A stretch of 48,712 nucleotides of DNA, taken from NCBI GenBank assembly GCA_034664185.1, contig JAXDIC010000020.1, positions 1 through 48,712 of the forward strand, written 5' to 3'. Shown here piece by piece: positions 1 to 7,250 of this stretch. Below the pieces are notes generated by a model. It ran no database searches, was not told where the DNA came from, and saw only the letters and a list, made by a program, of their open reading frames with translations. Source of the stretch: Thermoleophilaceae bacterium. Lineage in GTDB: Bacteria; Actinomycetota; Thermoleophilia; Solirubrobacterales; Thermoleophilaceae. How positions within the stretch are numbered: the stretch's first letter is position 1; each line of letters begins with the position of its first letter. A program made the translations under genes and the position numbers.

Positions 1-642
1 CAGAAACCGGCCGGGAGTGAGCAGGCGCAGGCCGAGCGCCCCGGCGAGCGGCGCGAAGATGCTCTCCGACGCGCCCACGGGAACGCCCGCGTAGCGCGAC
101 CTGATCTGGGCGATCAGCCCGCGGTACTGCGCCAGACCGCGGCGCTCGAACGCCCGCCGCTGAGCCGCGTAGTAGGCGGCGTGCCCGGCGTCGAGCCGCT
201 GATAGTCGGCGCTCAGCCGTGCGATCACCCGTTCCACGTCAGGCGGCGAGTACCAGCGGTGCGGGTTGGCGCCGGCGGACGCGCCGACCAGCTTGCCTAC
301 GCTGAGCACGACCCGTCCGTCGACCGGGTTGGCGTCCAGGATCTTGGACGCCCAGGCGTCGTAGCCCACGCCGTTCACGATCGCCAACCGCGCGGTGGCG
401 AGCGTGCGCGCGTTGGCGGCCGTCGGCTCGTACGCGTGGGGATCGGTGTTGGGATTGTCGATGATGCTGGCCACCTCCACCCGGGTCCCGCCGAGCTGCT
501 GGGCGATGCTGCCCCAGAAGTTCTCGGCGGCCACCACCTGCAGCCTTCCGCTGCCTCCAGCCCGCGGGCCGGCGCCGCCGCAGCCAGCCAGTCCGGCTAG
601 GAGTACGGCCAGGAGCGCGAGCTGACGGGCGTGGCGAGGCAT
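1..642 (-). CDS. znuA: Metal (zinc-type) ABC transporter substrate-binding lipoprotein, ZnuA/TroA family; 3' end lies beyond the window
   Basis: The minus-strand frame is open from base 1 to the ATG at 642-640; it is missing from the ORF track because it runs off the edge. The N-terminus MPRHARQLALLAVLLAGLAGCGG is a signal peptide with an LAGC lipobox. NPNTDPHAYEPTAANA matches the metal-site region of ZnuA/TroA (PF01297-type) binding proteins. A Fur-family gene and a Zur-box-like palindrome lie directly upstream. Confidence 0.75.
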   Translation of the reverse strand, partial: MPRHARQLALLAVLLAGLAGCGGAGPRAGGSGRLQVVAAENFWGSIAQQLGGTRVEVASIIDNPNTDPHAYEPTAANARTLATARLAIVNGVGYDAWASKILDANPVDGRVVLSVGKLVGASAGANPHRWYSPPDVERVIARLSADYQRLDAGHAAYYAAQRRAFERRGLAQYRGLIAQIRSRYAGVPVGASESIFAPLAGALGLRLLTPGRFL

Positions 643-661
643 CCGCTCACCGCGACCATAC

Positions 662-682
662 TAAGAATGAGTCTCATACTTA
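662..682. promoter_or_regulatory. Zur-box-like palindromic operator upstream of znuA
   Basis: TAAGAATGAG-T-CTCATACTTA is a 10+10 inverted repeat with one mismatch. It is AT-rich in a GC-rich context and lies about 20 nt upstream of the znuA ATG. Its core AATGA..TCAT resembles actinobacterial Zur boxes. Confidence 0.55.
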
Positions 683-711
683 GGGAGGGGCCGCTCCCTC
701 CCGGCGGTCCG

Positions 712-1158
712 TCAGCCGCGACAGCGCGTGCAGCTTCCGCGCAGGACGACCTCGTGGTCGTCGATGCGGAAGTCCAGCCTGCCGGAGACGGCCTCGATCG
801 CCCGCTCCAGCGCCTGGTCGTCGAAGGGCACGACCCGGCCGCACCTCTCGCAGAGCAGATGGTGGTGGTGGTCGCCGGCGGGGTCGACGAGCTCGTACAT
901 GGCGCTGCCGTGGCCGACGTCGAGGCGCTGCACCAGCCGGTACGCCTGCAGCAGGTCGAGCACGCGGTAGATGCTGGCGCGGCTGACGGCGCGGCCGCCG
1001 TCCCGGAGCGCGTCCTCGATCGCCTGGGCGGTGACGGCGCAGCGCTGCTCCGCCAGGTGGTCGATGACCGTGTCGCGCGCACCGCCTCGGGTGTGGCCGG
1101 AGCGGTCGAGAAGCGCCCGGGCGTGCTCAGCCCAGGTTGGGTGGCTGACGGCGCTCAT
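712..1158 (-). CDS. zur: Fur-family metalloregulator, probably zinc uptake regulator Zur
   Basis: 148 aa. It has a winged-helix region (SRASIYRVLDLLQAYRLV), an HHHH run, and CERC...CTRC cysteine pairs typical of the Fur-family structural zinc site. It sits next to znuA. Confidence 0.8.
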   Translation of the reverse strand: MSAVSHPTWAEHARALLDRSGHTRGGARDTVIDHLAEQRCAVTAQAIEDALRDGGRAVSRASIYRVLDLLQAYRLVQRLDVGHGSAMYELVDPAGDHHHHLLCERCGRVVPFDDQALERAIEAVSGRLDFRIDDHEVVLRGSCTRCRG

Positions 1159-1166
1159 GCCCTGAC

Positions 1167-1172
1167 AGCGTA
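1167..1172 (-). promoter_or_regulatory. Candidate -10 hexamer (TACGCT on minus strand) 8 nt upstream of the zur ATG; would give a leaderless transcript
   Basis: It fits the TAnnnT pattern and lies 8 nt from the start codon. No Shine-Dalgarno sequence sits between it and the ATG. Confidence 0.3.
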
Positions 1173-1174
1173 GT

Positions 1175-1198
1175 GCTGGCCGCCTGAGGCCCGCCAGC
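1175..1198 (-). terminator. GC-rich imperfect hairpin downstream of the ABC-2 permease gene
   Basis: GCTGGC..GCC-tga-GGC..GCCAGC lies about 21 nt after the stop at 1220. There is no U-tract. Confidence 0.3.
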
Positions 1199-1219
1199 CG
1201 TCGCAGTCCGCGATGGCGC

Positions 1220-2002
1220 CTACCGCAGCGCGTCCGCGGCCGCCTCCGCGCGGCGCAGCCCGCGAAGCGCCCAGATGGCCAGCAGCACGCCGATGCCCGA
1301 GATCAGGCCGAACGCCAGCGGAACCCGCACCGGGTGGCCGATGAACAGGCCGCGCCCGGCCTCGAGCACGACCGTTACCGGATTGAGTCCCGCCACGTCG
1401 TGCAGCCATCCCGTGAGCAGCCTGCGCGGCACGAACACCGGCGCGAGGAACAGCACCATGAACATCGGCACCTGCATGAGCGGCGAGGCCTGCACCGTGC
1501 GGTAGCGGAGCGCGATGCCCGCGGTGAAGAGCGTGGCTGCGATGTTGGCGAGCACGGCCAGGCCCAGGAGGGCGAGCAGGTCGGCGACGCCGCCCCTGAC
1601 CTCCGTTCCCCCCACCACCGCGATGCCGAAGACCAGGGCCGAGGTGAAGAGCGTGCGCGCCAGCGCCGCGACGGCGTAGCCGGCGACGATGGCCGTGCGA
1701 TTGGGCGCGGCCAGCATCATCCGCCGGCCGAAGCCCGACTCGAAGTCCTCCGCCATCGAGTAGCCGGTGAACACGCCCCCGAACGCGGCCGACTGGATCA
1801 GGACGAAGACGAACTGGAACCCGCCGTAGTCCGGATACTGGAACCCCGGCGTGTGAGCCAGGGCGGACAGCGATCCCGCGAACGCCGCGAACAGGAAGAT
1901 CGGCAGGAGCAGCGGCGGGAGCAGCAGCGAGGGGTTGGTCAGGAAGTTGTGGAGGTGACGCCACGCCACGGCGAGGGTCACGCGTACGAAGCGCGTGGTC
2001 AT
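1220..2002 (-). CDS. ABC-2 type transporter permease (DrrB/DrrC-like)
   Basis: 260 aa with multiple hydrophobic TM segments and an ABC-2 permease-like layout. Its start overlaps the upstream stop in ATGA (1999-2002). Confidence 0.75.
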   Translation of the reverse strand: MTTRFVRVTLAVAWRHLHNFLTNPSLLLPPLLLPIFLFAAFAGSLSALAHTPGFQYPDYGGFQFVFVLIQSAAFGGVFTGYSMAEDFESGFGRRMMLAAPNRTAIVAGYAVAALARTLFTSALVFGIAVVGGTEVRGGVADLLALLGLAVLANIAATLFTAGIALRYRTVQASPLMQVPMFMVLFLAPVFVPRRLLTGWLHDVAGLNPVTVVLEAGRGLFIGHPVRVPLAFGLISGIGVLLAIWALRGLRRAEAAADALR

Positions 2003-2817
2003 GTGCGCTGGATCCTCCCGCCGAGCAGCGCGGCGGCGTAGGCCAGGGCGGCCGCCAGGATGGCCGCCGCGAACCCGAACCCGAGTGCCAGCGCCTTGGC
2101 GTCCCAGCCGGTGATGATCAGGCTGCGCATCCCCTCGACCAGGTACGAGAGCGGGTTGTAGGTGGCCACCGTCCGGAACCAGTCGGTCTCGATCAGATGG
2201 CGCGGCAGGCTCATCGAGGAGAAGAACAGGAGGATGAAGAACAGGAGGCCCTGCCCCTGCACGGCCTCCCCGGAGGCCGTCCGGAGCGCGGCCACGAGCC
2301 CGATGGCGCCGAAGCCCGCCGCCGTGACCACCGACAGCAGGATGAGCACCGCCGCTCCGCCAACGCCGGCCTTCAGGTCGGCGCCGCCGGCGACTCCCAC
2401 CAGCACGAACACCACGGACTGGAACAGCGTGAGCGCCACCACTCCGCCCAGCTGGCCCACCAGCAGCGCCGACCCGCGCATGGGCGTGAGCGACAGGCGG
2501 TTCATGAAGCCGGTCCGGATGTCCTCGGCCAGGTCGGTGCCGCCGACCGTGGTGGCGAACACGGCCGACTGCATGAACGCGATCGCCAGCGCGAAGGTGA
2601 AGTAGTCGTGCGTCGGAAAGCCGCGGATCTTGGTGGCCGCGCTCAGCCCGTCGGAGTTGACCGCCAGCATGAACAGCGGCAGGATCAGGCCGGGCGCTAT
2701 CAGCGCCGGCTGGCGCAGGATCCGGACGATCGACCTCCTGGCCAGCTCGCCCACCTGCGTCGCGAGCGACGGGGCGAGCGGGGACGGGCGCGCGGACTGA
2801 GCGGCGGTCGCGCTCAT
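1999..2817 (-). CDS. ABC-2 type transporter permease (second subunit)
   Basis: 272 aa polytopic membrane protein, paralogous in layout to the downstream permease. It starts 16 nt after the GT1 stop. Confidence 0.75.
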   Translation of the reverse strand: MSATAAQSARPSPLAPSLATQVGELARRSIVRILRQPALIAPGLILPLFMLAVNSDGLSAATKIRGFPTHDYFTFALAIAFMQSAVFATTVGGTDLAEDIRTGFMNRLSLTPMRGSALLVGQLGGVVALTLFQSVVFVLVGVAGGADLKAGVGGAAVLILLSVVTAAGFGAIGLVAALRTASGEAVQGQGLLFFILLFFSSMSLPRHLIETDWFRTVATYNPLSYLVEGMRSLIITGWDAKALALGFGFAAAILAAALAYAAALLGGRIQRT

Positions 2818-2833
2818 CGACCTGTGCGGAGAG

Positions 2834-4108
2834 CTAGCCGACGAGCCGCGGCAGGAGCGACTCGATGTGGTCCACCGCCAGCCGCACGCCGTGCTCCTCG
2901 CGGATGCGCGCGCCGATCTGCTCGGCCCCGCGCTTGATCGCCGGGTCGCCCAGCGCCTGCTCCAGCGCGCCGGCCAGCCCGGCGGCGGTCAGCTTGTCCT
3001 TGTGTATCGGCGCCGGCCCGGCACCCAGCTCGAGCACCCGCCGGCCGAAGAAGAACTGATCGGGATAGGACGGCAGCAGGACCGACGGCCTGCCCGCCCG
3101 CAGCCCCTCGTGGGTGGTCCCGCAGCCACCGTGATGCACCACGGCCGACACGCGCGCGAACAGCCAGTCGAACGGGACGAAGCCCGGCAGCAGGAACACG
3201 TCCTCGTCCTCCGCGGCTCCCGGCACGCCGGTGGCCCAGTCGCCGGCCACGACCGCCCGCGCCCCGACGCGCCGCAGCGCGTCGCGCAGAAGCGCATATG
3301 TGGCCCCGGGGTCGCCGACCGGGGACGAGCCGAAGCCCACGTAGAGCGGCGGTGGGCCGGCGTCCAGGAAGCGCTCCAGGTCGGCCGGCGGGGTCCAGTC
3401 CTCGGGCGGGTCGAGGAACCAGTAGCCCGTCACGCTGAGCCAGTCGCCCCAATCGGCCGGGCGCGGCACGACGGCGGGGCTGAAGCCGTAGACGACCGGC
3501 TGGTGCTGGCGCTCCAGGACGCGCATGATCCCTCCGGCCGGCATCGGGTCCAGCCCCAGCGTCTGCTGGCGCCAGCGCTGGACCGGCTTGCGCATCAGCT
3601 GCCAGATCATCTGCTCGCCCAGCAGGTAGGTGAGCGCGTTTCCGGCGCGACCCAGCGAGCGAAGGCCCGGCGCGACGAACGGGTGCGGGAACTCGCGCGT
3701 GCGGCTCACCGGCAGGTACAGCGCGCCGATCGCCGGGATCCCGCGCTTCTCGGCGATGTGGTACGCCGGGTGCCCCTGGGCGTTGAAGATGAGCGCGTCC
3801 GAGTCCGCGCAGGCCTCCACGCAGTCGGCGGCTATGCCGTCCCAGTGCTCCTCGAGGAGCGCGGCGGATCGCCTGGCCCATGCGATCGGGTTTCGTCCCG
3901 ACTCCTGAAGCTCCTTGACCTGCTGCTGGTCGAACAGCCCCTCGCCGCCGATCACGGCGAAGCCCAGGCCGCGTCCCTCGATCATCTCCTGGAACTCCGG
4001 GTGGGTGGCCACCACGGGGTCCATGCCCGCCTCGCGCAGCCCGATCGCCAGTGCGATGTACGGCACCAGGTTGCCGAGCGAGCCCGGCGCCAGGATGGCG
4101 ACCCTCAT
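2834..4108 (-). CDS. GT1-family UDP-glycosyltransferase (MGT / sterol-glucosyltransferase-like)
   Basis: 424 aa. The N-terminus MRVAILAPGSLGNLVPYIALA is typical. The C-terminal donor motif is VVHHGGCGTTHEGLRAGRPSVLLPSYPDQFFFG, the GT1 nucleotide-sugar signature. Confidence 0.85.
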   Translation of the reverse strand: MRVAILAPGSLGNLVPYIALAIGLREAGMDPVVATHPEFQEMIEGRGLGFAVIGGEGLFDQQQVKELQESGRNPIAWARRSAALLEEHWDGIAADCVEACADSDALIFNAQGHPAYHIAEKRGIPAIGALYLPVSRTREFPHPFVAPGLRSLGRAGNALTYLLGEQMIWQLMRKPVQRWRQQTLGLDPMPAGGIMRVLERQHQPVVYGFSPAVVPRPADWGDWLSVTGYWFLDPPEDWTPPADLERFLDAGPPPLYVGFGSSPVGDPGATYALLRDALRRVGARAVVAGDWATGVPGAAEDEDVFLLPGFVPFDWLFARVSAVVHHGGCGTTHEGLRAGRPSVLLPSYPDQFFFGRRVLELGAGPAPIHKDKLTAAGLAGALEQALGDPAIKRGAEQIGARIREEHGVRLAVDHIESLLPRLVG

Positions 4109-4797
4109 GGCCGCGGCAGCTCAGACCAGACGATCACCGAGTCGACGCCGATCCTCTGCTTCAGCCGCCCGACCGGGCGCGGGCCGTCGGTGCGGAACGT
4201 AATCGGGAAGACGTGCGACATGTGCTCGTAGAAGGCCTCCGCCCGAGGATCCATCACCTGGCCGGCGATCCGGTCGCAGCCGCGCGCCAGCGCCAGCTCG
4301 TAGAAGTGGCGGAAGAGCGTCACCCCGAAGCCGTCCTTCCGGTGCTTGTTGGCGATCACCAGGTTCGACATGTACAGCGTGCCGGGCCACTCGTCGGTAG
4401 CGGGCGTGACGAGGTTCTGGATCAGGGGCCAAATCAGCTTGGGGACGGCGGCGATCCCGACGCTGTCCACGATGTCGCGGACCACGCCCGGACGCCCGAA
4501 CCCCGGTCGCGGATCGTCCTTGGTCGACGCTCCGTAGACGGCCACCACCTCGCCCTGGTGCTCACCCACGTAGTTGTTGCGCAGGCGGCGGCCGTCCTCG
4601 GCCAGCATGTGCCGTACCAGGAACTTCTTCGTTCCCGGCTTGCCGCCCGCCAGCAGCATCGGCAGCTCGGTCTCCCACAGCTGCACGTAGAGGTCTGCGA
4701 TCGCCTCGGCGTCGCGCGGCTCGGCCTCCCGGATCGTCAGCGCGGGCGCCTCACTCGAGGTCCGCTCGGCCGCCGTCGCCCCCTTCGACGGGCTCAT
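4105..4797 (-). CDS. GNAT-family N-acetyltransferase
   Basis: This is the C-terminal 230 codons of track ORF 4105..5772, starting MSPSKGAT at the ATG 4797-4795. IREAEPRDAEAIADLY and the acetyl-CoA loop HRKDGFGVTLF fit the GNAT fold. ATGA overlaps occur at both ends (4794-4797 and 4105-4108). Confidence 0.75.
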   Translation of the reverse strand: MSPSKGATAAERTSSEAPALTIREAEPRDAEAIADLYVQLWETELPMLLAGGKPGTKKFLVRHMLAEDGRRLRNNYVGEHQGEVVAVYGASTKDDPRPGFGRPGVVRDIVDSVGIAAVPKLIWPLIQNLVTPATDEWPGTLYMSNLVIANKHRKDGFGVTLFRHFYELALARGCDRIAGQVMDPRAEAFYEHMSHVFPITFRTDGPRPVGRLKQRIGVDSVIVWSELPRP

Positions 4798-5732
4798 TGC
4801 GCGCCGGCTCCCACCGCCGCCTGGGCCGCCTGGATCGCCTGCTCGAGCTCGGCCTTGCCGGTGGCCTCGTCGACGACCTCGGCCTTCCAGAGGTACGCGT
4901 CGAAGTACGCGTAGCCCGGGCGGACCGGGAACTCGACCGCGCCGGGCAGGTCCATCACCTCGCGGCAGATGCACTCGACCAGAACCCCCTCGCAGGTGGC
5001 CGGCGCGGCGCCGAAGATCGGAACGATCCCGTCCTCGATTCCCCAGCGCAGGATCGACTCCACCTTGGGATACGGGGGCAGGATGCGCCACGGCGCCTGC
5101 GCCGCCAGCATCCGCGCGCTGTCGGGGGCCTGCCGCGTGCCCTTCGGGATCTGGTACAGCTCCTCGATCGACATCGAGTCCGGCTTGTACTTGTGCACCA
5201 GCGAGCCGTGGCCCAGCGTCGCCACCGAGTACATCACCGCGTCGGACTTGCGGAACGCGCTGTGCAGCGCGTACTTGGCGTCCCACTCGAAGACCTCGAT
5301 CTGGTCGGTCACGATGTCGCAGCCGGCCACGAACTCCTCGGCCGTGTCGTCGTTGAGACCCTGGGGGAACACCTCGATGTCGGCGTCGCGCGTGAGCGCG
5401 AAGGCCTGCTCGCCCACCACCTCGGCCTTGTTGCGGCCGATCGTGTCGAGCGACGCTCCGGCCTGCCGCTGGACGTTCGACAGCTCGAACAGCTCGGGGT
5501 CCGCGATCTTCAGGTGGCGCGCGCCCATCCGCACCAGGCGGATGGCCAGGGCGCCGCCGATGCCGCCCGTGCCCGCGATTCCGATCGTGGCGTCGCGAAG
5601 CGCCTCCTGGTTGGCGCGCCACTCCTCCTCGGTGTCCCCCATCCACCCGAGGTTGCGCTTCACGCGCTCCCAGTAGGTCGCGTCGTCGTACTCGCCGGTG
5701 TACCTGATCCGGCCGTTCTCCTCGGTCCTCAC
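4794..5732 (-). CDS. ThiF/MoeB/HesA-family (E1-like) adenylyltransferase; start provisional (GTG 5732; alternatives ATG 5804, TTG 5831)
   Basis: Rossmann/ATP motif IGIAGTGGIGGALAIRLVRMGARHLKIADPELFELSNVQRQ. A GAGGAGAGGGG Shine-Dalgarno sequence ends 6 nt before GTG 5732. I saw no CxxC zinc motifs in the C-terminal half. Confidence 0.75.
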   Translation of the reverse strand: MRTEENGRIRYTGEYDDATYWERVKRNLGWMGDTEEEWRANQEALRDATIGIAGTGGIGGALAIRLVRMGARHLKIADPELFELSNVQRQAGASLDTIGRNKAEVVGEQAFALTRDADIEVFPQGLNDDTAEEFVAGCDIVTDQIEVFEWDAKYALHSAFRKSDAVMYSVATLGHGSLVHKYKPDSMSIEELYQIPKGTRQAPDSARMLAAQAPWRILPPYPKVESILRWGIEDGIVPIFGAAPATCEGVLVECICREVMDLPGAVEFPVRPGYAYFDAYLWKAEVVDEATGKAELEQAIQAAQAAVGAGAQ

Positions 5733-5769
5733 GCCTGTCCCCTCTCCTCGGCCTATTCCAGGCCCGCAG

Positions 5770-5795
5770 CACGCCCCGCCCAAGCGGGGGGCGTG
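5770..5795 (-). other. Strong GC hairpin between lysA and the ThiF-like gene (lysA terminator or 5' leader structure)
   Basis: The minus strand reads CACGCCCC-CC-gcttg-GG-c-GGGGCGTG, an 8 bp + 2 bp stem. It lies 79 nt after the lysA stop and 38 nt before GTG 5732. There is no U-tract. Confidence 0.4.
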
Positions 5796-5873
5796 ACCAC
5801 CCATGCGGGCGGACGCGAGCGTACCAGTCAAGAGCGGGTGAGCGCTACGGCGCCCCGGGCGGTCGCGGACGCC

Positions 5874-7133
5874 CTAGCAGTCCCGGCGAGCGAGGTCCTC
5901 GTACGTCTCGCGGCGCACCACGACGCGCGCGTCGCCGTCGCGGCAGAAGATCACGGGCGGGCGCGGAATCTGGTTGTAGTTGTTGGCCATCGCGTGGCCG
6001 TAGGCCCCGGTGGCGGGGATGACGAGCACGTCGCCGCGGCGCGGGTTGTCGAGCATCACGTCGCGCACCAGGATGTCACCCGACTCGCAGTGCATCCCGG
6101 CGATGCTGCAGAGGGTGTCGCCGCCGAAGCGATCGGCGATCTCGGCCTCGTAGCGGGAGCCGTACAGCATCGGGCGCATGTTGTCGGACATGCCGCCGTC
6201 CACCGCCACGTACGTGCGCACGCCCGGGATCTCCTTGACGGTGCCGACCGAGTAGATCGTGACGCCCGCGTTGCCCACCAGGGCGCGGCCGGGCTCGCTG
6301 AGGATCGTGACCCCCTCGGGCGCCCCGCGCAGGAGCGCCTCCACCCAGGCGTCGATAGTGGGCACCTGGTCGTCGTAGAGGTATGCGATCCCGAGGCCGC
6401 CGCCCACGCTGAGGACGGGGTAGTCGCCGAGCTGCGCCAGCGTGCCGGCTATCTGCTCGAACGGGTCGAGGTCGACGATCTGCGAGCCGATGTGGGCGTG
6501 CAGCCCGGCCATCTCGAGCTCGCCAGCGCGCTGGAGCGCATCCGGAAGCGACTGGAGCGGGATGCCGAACTTCGAGTCCTCCTGGCCGGTCGACATGGCC
6601 GAGTGCGTCATCCCGGCGATGCCGGGCGTGACGCGCAACAGCACCCGCTGGCCGGGGGCCAGCGCGGCGATCCGGTCGATGTCGTCGAGCGAGTCGGCCA
6701 CGATCGTGCCGACGCGCTGCTCGACGGCGTAGCGGAGCTCGGCGTCGGTCTTGTTGTTGCCGTGCATGTAGATCCGCTCGGGCGGGAAGCCGGAGCGCAG
6801 CGCCAGGTGCAGCTCGCCGCCGGACGCGACATCGCACGAGAGCCCCTCCTCGGCCATGATCCGGCAAGCCGCCGCACACGGGAAGGCCTTGCTGGCGTAC
6901 ACCACGCCGAAGCGGTCGGTGCGGCTTCGGAAGGCCTCGACGAACGCGCGCGCACGGCTTCGAAGGTCGTCCTCGGAGTAGACGTACGCCGGTGTTCCGA
7001 ACTCGCGCGCCAGCTGGCGCAGGTCGCAGCCGCCCACCTCGATGGCGCCCTCCTCGTTCAGCCGGGAGCCGATCGGAAAGACGGGTGAGAGGGTCTTAGT
7101 CGCGGTTCCGCTTAGGGGGTGTGGAGTGGTCAA
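5874..7133 (-). CDS. lysA: Diaminopimelate decarboxylase
   Basis: 419 aa with GTPAYVYSEDDL, YASKAF (PLP lysine region), HIGSQ, GGGLGI, EPGRALV and CESGD motifs characteristic of LysA. The track start is a TTG. Confidence 0.9.
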   Translation of the reverse strand: MTTPHPLSGTATKTLSPVFPIGSRLNEEGAIEVGGCDLRQLAREFGTPAYVYSEDDLRSRARAFVEAFRSRTDRFGVVYASKAFPCAAACRIMAEEGLSCDVASGGELHLALRSGFPPERIYMHGNNKTDAELRYAVEQRVGTIVADSLDDIDRIAALAPGQRVLLRVTPGIAGMTHSAMSTGQEDSKFGIPLQSLPDALQRAGELEMAGLHAHIGSQIVDLDPFEQIAGTLAQLGDYPVLSVGGGLGIAYLYDDQVPTIDAWVEALLRGAPEGVTILSEPGRALVGNAGVTIYSVGTVKEIPGVRTYVAVDGGMSDNMRPMLYGSRYEAEIADRFGGDTLCSIAGMHCESGDILVRDVMLDNPRRGDVLVIPATGAYGHAMANNYNQIPRPPVIFCRDGDARVVVRRETYEDLARRDC

Positions 7134-7141
7134 ATGGGGGG

Positions 7142-7147
7142 TATGCT
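7142..7147 (+). promoter_or_regulatory. Candidate -10 hexamer TATGCT for the cysteine-synthase-like gene; would give a leader of roughly 95 nt
   Basis: It fits TAnnnT in the divergent lysA/cysK-like intergenic region. GAAGGGA, a Shine-Dalgarno-like sequence, precedes the ATG at 7251. Confidence 0.25.
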
Positions 7148-7250
7148 TTCCGAGAGGGCAAGGCAGTCAATCATTAGCCACGGGGGTGCTGAATCGGCCT
7201 GTCGGCCCGGCACGAGACCCTGGCTCTGAGAGGGTAGAAGGGACGGCGAC

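Noticed and set aside
5733-5873. MccA-like precursor peptide gene upstream of the ThiF-like gene
   Set aside because: No short ORF ending in Asn with a Shine-Dalgarno sequence is present. The only small ORF (15 codons, ending in Glu) overlaps the GC hairpin, and nothing supports it.
4797-7088. 763-aa plus-strand ORF, with similar long ORFs at 24346..26574 (+), 26034..28310 (-), 29798..32365 (-), 9952..11811 (-) and 2867..4231 (+)
   Set aside because: All are Arg/Pro/Gly-rich nonsense, antisense or out of frame relative to genes with strong motifs (ThiF-like, lysA, Wzx, asnB, the WecA fusion, GT1). They are stop-poor frames expected in DNA of about 72 percent GC.
7134-7250. Possible riboswitch (SAM or lysine class) in the divergent lysA / cysteine-synthase-like intergenic region
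   Set aside because: I could not find the conserved cores of the SAM-I, SAM-IV or L-box classes on either strand. At 117 nt the region is too short for an L-box. Only weak local hairpins are present. A covariance-model scan (Rfam/Infernal) would be the decisive test.
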